Numbered from the stretch's first letter, positions 48,101-59,890 are shown. The stretch: DNA of 64,000 nucleotides from Nakamurella sp. (GCA_039916325.1 JBDSLP010000168.1:1100-65099); one strand, 5' to 3'. The notes: a model not told the origin generated them from the letters alone. Translations and numbers: made by a program.

Positions 48101-48489
48101 AGGACCTGCTGACAGAACTGGTGCGTGGTCGCGATGGTCGCACTGTCGAAGTCGGCCAACGCGCTGGCCAACCGCCGCCGCCGGACCGCGACCTCGACGT
48201 CGTCGCCGGTGGCGAGCAGGCAGAGCAGCTCGTCGTCACCGGTCCGGGCCAGCGCCGGCCGGGCCAGACCCCGCTCGGCCTTGACGAGCTGTGCCCGGAC
48301 GCGTTCGCGCAATTCCTGGCTGGCGGCGCGGCCGAAGGTGACGACCAGCAGTTCGTGCAGGCGCGCATGCCCCTCGGCGACGTACCGCGCGACCAACGCG
48401 CCGACCGTGTGGGTCTTGCCGGTGCCCGCGCTGGCCTCCAGGACGGTCGTTCCGGTGGGGAGGTCGCCGCAGAGATCGAAGGGGTTCAC
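45148..48489 (-). CDS. recB: Exodeoxyribonuclease V beta subunit RecB (UvrD-type helicase + PD-(D/E)XK nuclease)
   Basis: VNPFDLCGDLPTGTTVLEASAGTGKTHT, VDEFQDTDPVQW, and C-terminal LTGSLDLVV...LVADYKTN nuclease motif. GTGA overlap with the recC stop. Confidence 0.9.
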   Translation of the reverse strand: MNPFDLCGDLPTGTTVLEASAGTGKTHTVGALVARYVAEGHARLHELLVVTFGRAASQELRERVRAQLVKAERGLARPALARTGDDELLCLLATGDDVEVAVRRRRLASALADFDSATIATTHQFCQQVLTGLGVAGDTDASAQLVEDLDELVVEVVEDLYIRGFGHARADAPLFDYAEALTLGRAAIGDPATRLEPADADPASPAGLRRRFAIGVRKEVDRRKQDRGILGYDDLLSRLAAVLGPQHRAARERMRARWKFVLVDEFQDTDPVQWQVLSLAFSGASTLILIGDPKQAIYAFRGGDVATYLAAAAGAAGQSTLRRNFRSDAPLIDSLQVLLGEAALGDERIVVRPVVAQHPGSRLAGAPRPAPCRLRVIRREQFGEAGSTRIPIAKVRPFVAKDLAIDVAALLTSGATFDGRPLVAGQVAVLVATHAQAAMVQKALLARGVPAVVAGSGSVFATPAADEWLVLLEALEQPHRSDRVRAAALTPFIGRSAAELATGGEELTDADGGQLRQWADLVTRRGVAALLETVSELGLGERVLRRRNGERRLTDLRHVGQSLHAAAVDGGLGLAALVEWLRGRRLEAAKDTAAERTRRLESDAAAVQVLTLHASKGLEYPVVYLPFAFDRWVGEPGILLLHDAHGDRILDVGGTGSTGRPERERRAAAEAAGESLRLFYVGVTRAQSQVVLWWAPTATTWSSALHRLIFGRTPGQAAVPDVAPAVGDVEAHQRFVTLAAAGGPTVEPALFVDVPPETPPPAALPAMSVGRFRRELDVVWRRTSYSALSAAADHVPGATVTSPEVTSEPETGEREDESLPVLVLADDHADDDLPSPMAALPKGTGFGTLVHAVLEHVDPMASDLDAELLMRCQDEVSRHPGLVVADELAAALVPVLRTPMGPLVDGRTLADIPVGDRLAELDFELPLAGGDRIDAEVRLVEMAPLLRRYLPADDPLLGYADRLETPELGGQPLRGYLTGSLDLVVRLPGPRYLVADYKTNWLGEGPDTPLTAWHYRPDALDRVMAQSDYPLQAMLYCVALHRYLRWRQPDYRPEEHLGGVLYLYVRGMCGPDTPVVDGRVSGVFGWRPPAELVVALSDLLDGNAVGTAAGANR

Positions 48490-51400
48490 AGCGATTCCCG
48501 CCGTTCCGCGGTCAACATCGGCAGCCAGAGCCGGAGAGCCAGTTCGGTGAACCGGGACGGTTCGCGCATCCAGTGCTCGTCCGGGCGGGACAGCTCCCGG
48601 TTCAGGGCGGCGAACGGCGCGGCGGGGCCCCAGATCCGGGCGAAAGCGGGGTCGGCGTCCTCGCCCGGGAACTTGTCGGACACCCAGCGCTGACGGGCGG
48701 CGGTGAGGGAGTCCTCCGGGCTCCGCCGGCGGTGGCGCCCCTCGGCGTAAGCCAGGCCGGTCTTGAGGGGCAGCGGCAACGGCGCCCGCATCGCCCGGTC
48801 GTAGAGGTCCACGAGCTGCTCGAGCACCTGCCCGGCGAGCTCGGGCGGCACGGGCCCGAGCGTCGACTGCTCCGGCGCTCCCGCGCCACGACCGACGCTG
48901 ACCGCGGACCAGCCGACCGACGGATGGGTGACCGTCAGCGCCAACAGTTGGATCCAGGCCTGCAGGCGGGCCTTGGCCCCGAGCCGGCTGTAACCGATCG
49001 CAACGACGGTGGTGTCGTGGACACCGCTGACGGTGCCGGTCAACCACCGGTCCCCCAGCGTCACCCGGACGTCGGCGGACGTCTGCTCCCCGGAACGTAG
49101 CGCGCTGGTGGCGTTGACCAGGGGGTCCACGTCGGCCATCACGGTGCCCAGGATGCGCTGGCCGAGGGGACCCGGCGGCAGCGTCCCGCGTCGCCATTCG
49201 GCCTGGCGGGTGGTGTCGGGGTCCTGCCCACCGAGTCGGTCGCGCAGCAACCGGTCCCCGATCGCCCACTGTTGGAGGGCGTCGAGTTCCACCGGCAGTG
49301 CGTCCACGGGGTCGTCGGCCTCGAATCGGACCGCGACGTCCAGCCGCTGCCGGAGAAAGCCCCGCGCGGGGTTGTGCAGCATCGAGATCAGCCGGTCGAG
49401 ATCGAGATCGATCGGCGGCAGGTCGGGCAACGGCTGACTGAGAAAGGCGGGCGCCGACTCGCGAGGGCCGGCCGCGGCCCGAGCCGACGCGAGGACCGCG
49501 GGATCGAAGCTGAACGGTCCGGGCACACCGAGCTCCCCGGGCACCACGTTGCGGGCGTCGAACGGCTGCAGCGGATGCCTGACCAGCACCTGCCCGCGGG
49601 CCGGGGTCGTGGGGTCGATCTTGGCCATGTCGTCCAGCGTGTCGAGCAGCTCACCGATCGGAACGGACGCCGGTCGGGGCGCCCCGGTGCGCTCGTCGGC
49701 GCCGGTGTAGGTGATGACGACAGCCTCGGTTGCAGCGAGCAGCGCGTCCAGGAGCAACTGGCGGTCCTCGCCCCGGCGATCCCGCTCCCCGACGACCGGG
49801 TCGCGGGCGAGCACGTCGTCACCGTCCGGGTGGGCTGCCCGCGGGAACACCCCGTCGTCCAGGCCGACCAGGCAGACGATCCGGTGTGGCACCGAGCGCA
49901 TCGGCACCATCGTGCAGACCGTCAGGTTTCCGGTGCGGAAGTTCGCCCGGGTCGGGCGGCCACCGAGCCGGCCGGTCAGCAGGGCCCGCACGTCGGGCAG
50001 CCGCATCGGTGCGGTCGCGTCCGGCCCGGCGCCCGCGGCGATGTCGGCGAACTCGCGGTCGAGTTCACCCTGCTGCCAGGAGTCGTCACTGCTGACGCTG
50101 GTCAGGCCGGCGACCGCCGACGCCAGCGTCGTGAGCCAGTGGCCGACCGGCTGCGGACCGGTGAGCAGGTCCACCGACCGGTGCAGGCGGTTGACCAGTT
50201 CGGCCAGCCGACCGGCCAGGTCGACGTCGCCGCTACCGACATCGTCGACGGGAAGGGCCAGGCCGAGCCAGTTGCCGCCGTCCTGGGCCATCGTGGCGCC
50301 GAGCAGGATGCGGTCGAGACCGGCCCGCCAGGTGCCCTGGGGGAATTGACTCAGGCCGAACGGCAGCCGGTGGGCAGCGTCCAGGCCCCACCGGACCCCG
50401 GAGTCGGCGGTCCAGCGGGTGATCGTTTCGAGATCGTCGTCGGTGAAGCCGAACCGTCGACGCACCGGTGGCCAGGCGGCCAGATCCAGGAGCTGGGATG
50501 CCGTCACCCGGGCGTCGGCCAGGTCGAGCAGCTTCGTCACGGTCGCCAGCAGCGGGTTGGTCTGGATCAGCGCGCGGTCGGCCAACCGGACCCGCAGCTG
50601 GTGGGCCGGATGCCATTCTCGACGACGTCGGCCAAGCCGAAGGCCGCCGCGACGAGTGGTGCATAGACCTCGATGTCGGGACACATCACCAGGATGTCGC
50701 GCGGTTCCAGCGTCGGGTCGGCGGCGAGTAGGCCGACGAGAACCTCACGCAGCACGTCGATCTGGCGGCTCGGCCCGTGGCAGGCATGGACCTGGACACT
50801 GCGGTCGTCAGGCGCCAGCGGAAGCTTGACGTCAGGCCGGCGGTCGTCGCGCAGGTCCGCCTGCAGCCGGCCGAGCAGGGTGGGCGGCGGTTCGGCACCC
50901 GGATGATGGCGGTCGACCGAAGGCCGGGTCGACAACGCCAGCTGCAGCTCCCGGGAGTCCCGACCGAGGGAGGACAGCAGCGGGTGCTCCGGAGTCAGCA
51001 GGGTCGGATCGGCGTCGCGCCGGATGACCGCCGGAACCTCGACGACGGCGATCCGCTGCCAGAGCACCGGTGACGGGTGTGGCAGCCAGAGGTGGACGTC
51101 GCGGTGCTCGGCGAGGGCATCGACGAGGTCGAGGTGGGCGGCCGGCAACCGGGTCGGCCCGAACAGCGAGATCCGCTCCGGGAGGTCCGCGGTGCCGGTG
51201 TCGACGGCGGCGCGGATCCGGTCGACCGGGTCGAGGCCGTCGATGCGGGCCCGCGTGCGTCGCCACAGCTCGGGCTGCCAATTCAGGTCGGAGGCGAGTG
51301 GTCCATCGAAGCCGTCGGTGTCGCGGCCGGCCGCCCAATCGGCCAGCACACCGGGACGTTGCGTCGCATAGTCGTGGAACAGCCCCGCGAGGCGGCGGGC

Positions 51401-51811
51401 CACCGCGTAGCGGCGACCCCGCCGGTGGACCAGCTCGGACTCGGGGGCGCCGACCCCCAGGTGGATGCTCAGGACGTCGCACCACGGCTCACCGGCTGCG
51501 GCGTCGATGACGTCCAGCAGCGGCCAGACGAGGCTGTCCGGCGCCCACGGGTCGCGGTCGCCGACGTCGAGCAGCTCGGTGAACAACCGGGTGGGTGAGG
51601 GGAACCGGACGCCCGCGCAGATGCCGTCGGCCCGCCCGTCGCGACGCCCGAGGCGCCGGGCCAACTGCTGGGTGAGCCACCGCTCGATGCCCTTGGCCGG
51701 GACGGCAACGACCTCCACCGCGAACGGGTCGGCCAGCGGCTGCGCCATCAGCTCACCGAGCGCGTCGACCAGTCGGTCGGCCCGTTCGGCCCGATGAACG
51801 AACAACGTCAC
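48486..51811 (-). pseudogene. recC: Exodeoxyribonuclease V gamma subunit RecC, interrupted by a single-nucleotide frameshift near 50613
   Basis: The N-terminal frame (stops at 50567) reads ...DILVMCPDIEVYAPLVAAAFGLADVVENG. The C-terminal frame (ORF 48486..50684) continues HPAHQLRVRLADRALIQTNPLL.... Adding one base would give a continuous protein of about 1108 aa. Likely start is GTG 51811, after ggaaggggg. Confidence 0.75.
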
Positions 51812-51934
51812 GAGGCCCCCTTCCGACTGCACACTTCCCGGTTCCCCCGCCGGTCAGCCCAGAGTAGACAAGGGGTCCGACAGTGACCGACCCACACCGG
51901 ACCTTCGACCCGCGCGCCGCCGGGCGGGCCCGCC

Positions 51935-53470
51935 TCAGCTCCGCCCGCGCGCCTGCGCGTCCAGAAAGCTGAGCACGTCGGTGTCGTCGACCCCGGGGAA
52001 GACCCCGGGCGGCATCGCGGCCAGCAGGTGCGAGTGCACCCGGGCGCTGGGCCACGCCATCCCTTCCCACCGGGACGCGAGGTCGGCCGGCGGCAGTTCA
52101 CAGCACGCCGGGTCCGGACACTTGGACCGCGACCGTTCCACCGTCTCCCGACCGCGCATCCACTTGACGTCCGCGTAGGGCACCCCGACGCTGACCGAGA
52201 ACAGTCCGGCCGGGGTCCGGTCGACGACCGCGGTGCACCAGTACGTGCCGCGTCCGGTGTCGGTGTACTGCTTGTAGGAGGCCGACAGGTCGGGCTGCTC
52301 GAACACCACCCGGGCGGTCCAGTACTTGCAGACCCGTTGCCCCTCGATGGCTCCGGTCGCGTCCATCGGGAAATGCACCCCGTCGTTTTCGTAGGCCTTG
52401 TAGATCAGCCCGGACGACGAGATCCGCATGAAGTGAACCGGCAGATCCAGGTGCTTGGTCGCCAGGTTGGTGAACCGGTGCGCCGCCGTCTCGTACGACA
52501 CCGCGTATGCGTCACGCAAATCCTCGATGGCGATGTCCCTGGCTGCCTTGGCCTTTCGGAGCAGCGCCAGCGCGCCCTTCTCCGGGATCAGCAACGCTGC
52601 GGCGAAGTAGTTGACCTCGACCCGCTGCTCCAGGAACTCCCCGTAACCGGCGGGCACCTGGTGCCCGAGCATCACGTGACCCAGTGCGGCCAGCGCCAGT
52701 GACCGCGAGTCGTGCTGGCCGGCGTCCGGTTGCGGTAGGTAGATCGTCCGGTTGGCCAGGTCGGTCACCGTCCGCGTCGATTGCGGCAGGTGGGAGGTGT
52801 GCACGAGCGAGAACCCGAGGTGCCCGGCCATCCGGTCCACCGCGGTCCGGGTGATCGGGCCCTCGCGGTACCCGATGGCCTGCAACAATCCCGCCGCAAT
52901 CTTCTCGATGTCACCGAAGTAGTTGTCCTGCTGGCGCATCCGCTGCCGCAGCTTTGCGTTCGCCCGCCGGGCGTGCTCGGGGGTCGCCGCCCGCTCCTCC
53001 TGCACCGTGGCCAGGGCCCGGTGCAGACCGACCAGGGCCTCCAATGCCTCCGTCGGCAGCCGCGGGCCGGTCCGTACCGCCGGAATCCGCAGCGCGCTGA
53101 ATGTGTCGGCCCGCTGCGCCTTCTCGAGTTCGATCTCCAGTGCCGCCCGCCGGCTCGGCGCTGCGATCGCCAGCAGATCGGCCAATCCGGTGCCCAGCGC
53201 CCCGGCGATTGCCGTCAACACCGACAGCTTCGCCTCCCGCTTGCCGTTCTCGATCAGCGACAACGCCGACGCCGAGATCCCCGCGGCCGCAGCGACCTCG
53301 TCGAGCGTGCTGCTGTGCTGTTGACGCAGGTGCCGGATCCGGCGACCCACCGTCAGCAGGTCTGGGCCGGCCGCCTCGGTGACCGTCGTCACCGCCGTCG
53401 ACAGACCACGGGACCGGGTGGCAGGTAACGCGCCAGTCGCTCCGACCGGGGAGCTCACCGATTCCGTCAT
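51935..53470 (-). CDS. XRE-family HTH regulator with ImmA/IrrE-like and Cys-rich C-terminal domains (RamB/PrpR short-chain-fatty-acyl-CoA regulator family)
   Basis: HTH LRQQHSSTLDEVAAAAGISASALSLIENGKRE, large C-terminal domain with CKYW...YWC...CPDPACC. Divergent from isocitrate lyase, like ramB-icl1 in mycobacteria. ATG 53470 preferred over 53497. Confidence 0.8.
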   Translation of the reverse strand: MTESVSSPVGATGALPATRSRGLSTAVTTVTEAAGPDLLTVGRRIRHLRQQHSSTLDEVAAAAGISASALSLIENGKREAKLSVLTAIAGALGTGLADLLAIAAPSRRAALEIELEKAQRADTFSALRIPAVRTGPRLPTEALEALVGLHRALATVQEERAATPEHARRANAKLRQRMRQQDNYFGDIEKIAAGLLQAIGYREGPITRTAVDRMAGHLGFSLVHTSHLPQSTRTVTDLANRTIYLPQPDAGQHDSRSLALAALGHVMLGHQVPAGYGEFLEQRVEVNYFAAALLIPEKGALALLRKAKAARDIAIEDLRDAYAVSYETAAHRFTNLATKHLDLPVHFMRISSSGLIYKAYENDGVHFPMDATGAIEGQRVCKYWTARVVFEQPDLSASYKQYTDTGRGTYWCTAVVDRTPAGLFSVSVGVPYADVKWMRGRETVERSRSKCPDPACCELPPADLASRWEGMAWPSARVHSHLLAAMPPGVFPGVDDTDVLSFLDAQARGRS

Positions 53471-53486
53471 TGCTGCACGATAACGC

Positions 53487-53502
53487 AAGAAACGCATTTC
53501 TT
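53487..53502. promoter_or_regulatory. AT-rich inverted repeat AAGAAA-CGCA-TTTCTT in the regulator/aceA divergent promoter region (candidate operator)
   Basis: Perfect 6-bp arms read directly. It sits in the only AT-rich patch of the 117-bp intergenic region, next to a direct AACGCA repeat. Confidence 0.4.
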
Positions 53503-53587
53503 CACATCACATTGCCATTGTGAACCCCGGATCTTGACGCCATGTTGAGGGAGCACCCGTTCCCACGGGACACCGAAAGGACTGCTC

Positions 53588-54922
53588 ATGACCGCCACAC
53601 TGTCGTCGCCGATCTCCGAGACCTCCGCTGTCGCAGCCGAACCGGCAGGTTCGATCGTGACCTCTGCCGAGGCGCTCCGGACGGAGTGGTCGGTGGACAC
53701 GCGGTGGTCCGGGATCGAGCGCACCTACAGCGCCGAAGACGTGGTCCGGCTCCGCGGCACCGTCACCGAGGAGCACACGCTGGCCCGCCGCGGCGCGCAG
53801 CGCTTCTGGGACCAGCTGCAGGACAAGACGTTCACCCGCGCACTGGGCGCTCTCACCGGCAACCAAGCCGTCCAGATGGTCCGCGGCGGGCTGGACGCCG
53901 TCTACCTGTCGGGTTGGCAGGTCGCCGCCGACGCCAACCTGTCCGGCCAGACCTACCCCGACCAGAGCCTGTACCCGGCGAACTCGGTTCCGGCCGTGGT
54001 CCGTCGCATCAACAACGCACTGCTGCGCGCCGACCAGATCGATCACAGCACCGGCACGACCGGGACCGACTACCTGGTCCCGATCATCGCCGACGCCGAG
54101 GCCGGCTTCGGCGGACCATTGAACGCCTTCGAACTGATGAAATCGATGATCGCCGCCGGCGCCGCCGGTGTGCACTGGGAGGACCAGCTCGCGTCGGAGA
54201 AGAAGTGCGGCCACCTCGGCGGCAAGGTCCTGGTCCCCACGAGCCAGCACGTGAGGACGCTGAACGCGGCCCGGCTGGCCGCCGACATCGAGAACGTCCC
54301 GACGTTCGTCATCGCCCGCACCGACGCGCTCGCCGCCGACCTGCTGACCAGCGACGTCGACCCGATCGACGAGCCGTTCATCACCGGCGAGCGCACCAGC
54401 GAAGGGTTCTACCGGGTACGCAACGGCATCGAGCCGGTGCTCGCCCGGGCCAAGGCCTACGCGCCGTACTCCGACCTCATCTGGGTCGAGACCGGCACGC
54501 CTGACCTGGGTCTCGCGCGGGAGTTCGCGACCGAGATGCGCAAGGACTTCCCGGACCAGATGTTCGCCTACAACTGCTCGCCGTCGTTCAACTGGCGGGC
54601 GGCGCTGTCCGACGACGAGATCGCCACCTTCCAGAACGAGCTGGGTGAGCTGGGCTACAAGTTCCAGTTCATCACCCTGGCCGGCTTCCACGCGCTGAAC
54701 CACTCGATGTTCCACCTGGCCCAGGGCTACGCCCGGTCCGGGATGAGCGCCTACGTGGAGCTGCAGGAGGCCGAGTTCGCCGACGAGGGAAACGGCTACA
54801 CCGCGGTGAAGCACCAGGCCGAGGTGGGCACCGGCTACTTCGACAAGGTGTCGACCGCGCTCAACCCGAACTCCGCGTCGTTGGCGATGACCGGCTCCAC
54901 CGAGGAGCAGCAGTTCCACTGA
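53588..54922 (+). CDS. aceA: Isocitrate lyase
   Basis: Collinear with mycobacterial Icl1 as I recall it: [47 protein letters not shown], and the [11 protein letters not shown] catalytic loop. Confidence 0.97.
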   Translation: MTATLSSPISETSAVAAEPAGSIVTSAEALRTEWSVDTRWSGIERTYSAEDVVRLRGTVTEEHTLARRGAQRFWDQLQDKTFTRALGALTGNQAVQMVRGGLDAVYLSGWQVAADANLSGQTYPDQSLYPANSVPAVVRRINNALLRADQIDHSTGTTGTDYLVPIIADAEAGFGGPLNAFELMKSMIAAGAAGVHWEDQLASEKKCGHLGGKVLVPTSQHVRTLNAARLAADIENVPTFVIARTDALAADLLTSDVDPIDEPFITGERTSEGFYRVRNGIEPVLARAKAYAPYSDLIWVETGTPDLGLAREFATEMRKDFPDQMFAYNCSPSFNWRAALSDDEIATFQNELGELGYKFQFITLAGFHALNHSMFHLAQGYARSGMSAYVELQEAEFADEGNGYTAVKHQAEVGTGYFDKVSTALNPNSASLAMTGSTEEQQFH

Positions 54923-55041
54923 GCCGTTCCCTGTGCCGTCCTAGCGCTGAGGTCGCGAACTCGACGTCGCGACTCCCGCCATACAGCCGAATTCAACTGA
55001 CATCCCTGACTCAGCAACATTTCTGAAGAGACGAGATTCCC

Positions 55042-56721
<1,680 letters not shown>

Positions 56722-56735
56722 GTTCGCGCCGCACC

Positions 56736-56765
56736 ACGCCCCGTCCGGTCGTCCGGGCGGGGCGT
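56736..56765 (+). terminator. GC-rich hairpin after aceB
   Basis: acgccccgtccgg tcgt ccgggcggggcgt (13-bp stem with one G-U pair), 15 nt past the stop. Weak U-tract. Confidence 0.55.
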
Positions 56766-56891
56766 CGTGCTGTGTCAATGCCGGCGCGCACCGATCGACC
56801 ATGTGCACCCGAAACGGAGGTACAGCAGGACCCGCGGTGACCCGGGTTCACCGGCTGGCGCACCATCGGCAGCGACGGAAGGGAGGTCGGC

Positions 56892-58037
56892 ATGACGTTC
56901 ACCGTGTTGGCGATCATCCTGGTCGCGAGCCTGCTGGGCCCACTGCTGGCGCTGCCCCGTCGCTGGCGGCTGCCGGTGGTCCTCGGCGAGCTGATCGCCG
57001 GGCTGATCCTGGGGCGGTCCGGCTTCGGTGTCCTGGACGCCACCGACCCGCAGTTCACCGCGCTGGCCGACATCGGCTTCGGGCTGGTGATGTTCGTGGC
57101 GGGCACTCACGTACCGGTGCGGGACGCCCGGTTGCGGGCCGATCTGGGGCCGGGTGCGCTGCGGGCCGGTGCCGTCGGACTGGTCGGCGTCCCCCTCGGG
57201 CTGGCGCTCGCGGCCCTGTCCGGCACCGGCCACGGCGCGCTCTATGCGGTGCTGATCGCCTCGTCGTCGGCCGCGCTGATCCTGCCCGCGGTGGAGTCGC
57301 TGAAACTCGAGGGCCCGCCGGTGCTGGCCCTGCTGCCGCAGATCGCGATCGCCGATACCGCGTGCATCGTCGCCCTCCCACTGGTCATCAACCCGGCGCA
57401 CGCCGGCCGGGCCGCCGTCGGTGCCGCCCTGGTGATCGGCACCGGCGGCCTGCTGTACCTCGTGCTGGCGACCCTGGACCGACGAGGGGTCCGGCGACGC
57501 CTGCATCGGCTCTCCGCGCAACGCCGATATGCCCTGGAGTTACGGATCAACTTGATCCTGTTGTGCGGGTTGGCCGCGCTCGCTCTGTGGGGCCACGTGT
57601 CGATCATGCTGGCCGGTTTCGTACTGGGGCTCGCGATCGCTGCAGTCGGTGAGCCGCATCGACTCGCCCGACAGATGTTCGGCATCACGCAGGGATTGTT
57701 CGGACCGGTCTTCTTCGTCTGGCTGGGCAGTTCACTCGCCCTGGGCGACCTGGTCGATCATCCGAAGCTGGCCCTGCTGGGTCTGGCGCTGGGACTGGCA
57801 GCGGTCGCTGCGCACCTGCTGCCATCGCTGTGGGGTCAGCCTGGCCCCTACGGCCTGCTGGCCGCCGCTCAACTCGGGGTGCCGGTGGCCGCAGCGACTG
57901 TCGGCGATCAGCTCGGGGTGCTCGTCCCGGGTGAGTCGTCCGCCCTGATCCTCGGCTCGCTCATCACGCTGGCCGCGACGACCCTCGGCGGCTCGCGGGC
58001 CGCCCGCACCCAGGAACGGGACGCCCAGCCGGCCTGA
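56892..58037 (+). CDS. Cation:proton antiporter (Na+/H+ exchanger family, CPA1/2)
   Basis: 381 aa, about 11 TM segments, N-terminal LPVVLGELIAGLILGRSGFGVLD is typical of the family. Confidence 0.8.
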   Translation: MTFTVLAIILVASLLGPLLALPRRWRLPVVLGELIAGLILGRSGFGVLDATDPQFTALADIGFGLVMFVAGTHVPVRDARLRADLGPGALRAGAVGLVGVPLGLALAALSGTGHGALYAVLIASSSAALILPAVESLKLEGPPVLALLPQIAIADTACIVALPLVINPAHAGRAAVGAALVIGTGGLLYLVLATLDRRGVRRRLHRLSAQRRYALELRINLILLCGLAALALWGHVSIMLAGFVLGLAIAAVGEPHRLARQMFGITQGLFGPVFFVWLGSSLALGDLVDHPKLALLGLALGLAAVAAHLLPSLWGQPGPYGLLAAAQLGVPVAAATVGDQLGVLVPGESSALILGSLITLAATTLGGSRAARTQERDAQPA

Positions 58038-58148
58038 GCTGCGGAACGAGAGTCCTCCAGCCGGCCCGATCCCGAGGGTAGCGGCCGAGGCGCGGCCGAC
58101 GGTCGACACCGGCGCTCCCCCGGCCTCCGAGCGCAGGCCACGACCCGC

Positions 58149-58349
58149 TCAGGCGCGCGGGGCCCTGCCCGGCCGGCGGATCCCGATGACGAGCACCACC
58201 GCGCCGACCACGGCGATGATCGGCCCGAGCACCGCCCACAGTGTCTTGCCGGTCATCACGGAGCCGCCGAGGTAGCCCAGTCCCTGGAACATGAAGACCA
58301 GTCCGAGGACGACCATCACCGCACCGACGACGATCGCTGTCTTGTTCAT
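58149..58349 (-). CDS. Small (66-aa) two-TM membrane protein
   Basis: ATG 58349 is preceded by ggaggaga. MNKTAIVVGAVMVVLGLVFMFQGLGYLGGSVMTGKTLWAVLGPIIAVVGAVVLVIGI. Confidence 0.6.
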   Translation of the reverse strand: MNKTAIVVGAVMVVLGLVFMFQGLGYLGGSVMTGKTLWAVLGPIIAVVGAVVLVIGIRRPGRAPRA

Positions 58350-58490
58350 GCCGTCTCCTCCATGTCGAGCTCCCGCCTGCCGTTTGACCTCGACCGTACG
58401 CAGACCGGGCATCCGACGCCGCCCCGCCGCCCCGCACCAGGATCGATCGCCAGGCAATTCACCTCGCACTGCGTCCCCACCAACGACACA

Positions 58491-58528
58491 AGCCCCCGAC
58501 CGGGCGGGATCACCGCCGGTCAGGGGCT
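58491..58528 (-). terminator. Long imperfect hairpin downstream of tRNA-Leu
   Basis: Minus strand AGCCCCTGACCGGCGG-TGATC-CCGCCCGGTCGGGGGCT, 22 nt after the tRNA 3' end. Confidence 0.5.
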
Positions 58529-58550
58529 TGGTCGTCTGTCTCAACCAGAG

Positions 58551-58633
58551 TGCGCGAGGGGGGAGTTGAACCCCCACGTCCTTACGGACACACGGACCTG
58601 AACCGTGCGCGTCTGCCATTTCGCCACTCGCGC
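58551..58633 (-). tRNA. tRNA-Leu (anticodon CAG), class II with long variable arm, no encoded CCA
   Basis: Folded by hand. Acceptor GCGCGAG/CTCGCGC + discriminator A; 3-bp D stem GCG/CGC with a GG loop; anticodon stem CACGG/CCGTG with loop TTCAGGT; variable arm GTCC-GTAA-GGAC; T arm GGGGG-TTCAACT-CCCCC. Confidence 0.97.
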
Positions 58634-58973
58634 GAGCAACCAAAAGAGATTATCACCGGCCTTCGTGCCAGCCCAAATCGCGCGGCACGGCCGGATCTGC
58701 CCAGTCCGCTCCACCAGCACGCTGTCCCAGCCGCACCCAGCGCCGCCCCACGCGACCCCTGCACCGCCCGTTCCGGCGGCGGATCGACAGCTACCGGCGC
58801 AACTCCCGACCTCCTCAGACGTCCACCATGGGAACCGGAGCCGCGGGTCACAACTGCCGCACGCCGCACCGGCAACCGGCCCAGCGTGCAGTCGGACCGT
58901 TAACCTCACACTCAGACCGCACACGCTTCACGACAGACCCGCGCGCACGCACACCGGACGAGGGAGGTGACCG

Positions 58974-59885
58974 ATGGGCATCATCCAGAGTTTCGAACGC
59001 CGACTGCAAGGCGCCGTCGGCAACACCTTCGCCCGGCTGTTCGGCGGCAGCGTGCACCCGTCCGAGGTGATCACCGCCCTGCAGGACGAGGCCAACAACC
59101 GGCTCACGCAGGACCACGGTCGTACGGTTGCCCCGAACCACTTCAAGGTCCGCCTCGGCCCGACCGACCGCAAAGGTATCGGCGAGGACGAGAAGCGGGT
59201 CGCGACCGCACTCTCGGACACCATCCGCGAGTACCTCGCCGAGCAGGGATACGACACCTTCGGCGACGTCGAGGTCGAGCTCGAGGAAGCACCCTCGCTG
59301 CACACCGGCCAGTTCCGGGTCAGTTCGCTGGTCGATCCCGACGCCGGGCCGCGGCGTCCGTCCCCGCCTTCCGGAGGCCGTCCCGTGACCTCGCCGTCCG
59401 ACCCACGCCCGGACCAGCCGTATCAGCCCGGCCCGTACGCGCCCCCGGCACGCCAGCCCTACGCCGAGCCGCAGCAGCAGGGCTATCAGCACGGATACGA
59501 CCCGCAGGCCCCGGCCCCGCAGGCCTACGACCCGCACCGGGACGCCCGGTACAGCGACGCCCAGCAGTACGGGTACGGCCGCCAGGGCTACCCCGACGTC
59601 GTCGCGACCCTGCACGCCGACGACGGTTCGGGCCGCAGCCACCAGCTGCAGCCGGGCTCCAACATCGTCGGCCGTGGCCAGGACGCGTCATTTCGGCTCC
59701 CGGACACCTCGGTCTCCCGCCGCCACCTCGACATCTACTTCGACGGCCACATCGCCGTGATGCACGACCTGGGTTCGACGAACGGCACCACCGTCAATTC
59801 GACGATCGTGCAGACCTGGCAGCTCGCCGACGGGGATGTCGTGCGTCTCGGCCACTCCACGATCATCTTCAGTCAGCGAGGGTAG
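58974..59885 (+). CDS. fhaA: FHA-domain protein FhaA (DUF3662 + FHA)
   Basis: MGIIQSFERRLQGAVGNTFARLFGGSVHPSEV N-terminus, Pro/Gln/Tyr-rich linker, C-terminal FHA (GRGQDASFRLPDTSVSRRHL...DLGSTNGT). Confidence 0.95.
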   Translation: MGIIQSFERRLQGAVGNTFARLFGGSVHPSEVITALQDEANNRLTQDHGRTVAPNHFKVRLGPTDRKGIGEDEKRVATALSDTIREYLAEQGYDTFGDVEVELEEAPSLHTGQFRVSSLVDPDAGPRRPSPPSGGRPVTSPSDPRPDQPYQPGPYAPPARQPYAEPQQQGYQHGYDPQAPAPQAYDPHRDARYSDAQQYGYGRQGYPDVVATLHADDGSGRSHQLQPGSNIVGRGQDASFRLPDTSVSRRHLDIYFDGHIAVMHDLGSTNGTTVNSTIVQTWQLADGDVVRLGHSTIIFSQRG

Positions 59886-59890
59886 GACCG

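Noticed and set aside
50567-50684. Programmed ribosomal frameshift in recC
   Set aside because: I see no slippery heptamer or downstream structure at the frame junction, and no such mechanism is known for recC. An indel (real or an assembly error) is the simpler explanation, so it is reported as a frameshift/pseudogene instead.
58350-58973. Genomic island or integrated element at the tRNA-Leu gene
   Set aside because: There is no integrase, no direct repeat of the tRNA 3' end that I could find nearby, and the flanking genes (fhaA cluster, small membrane protein, antiporter) are the conserved actinobacterial neighbourhood.
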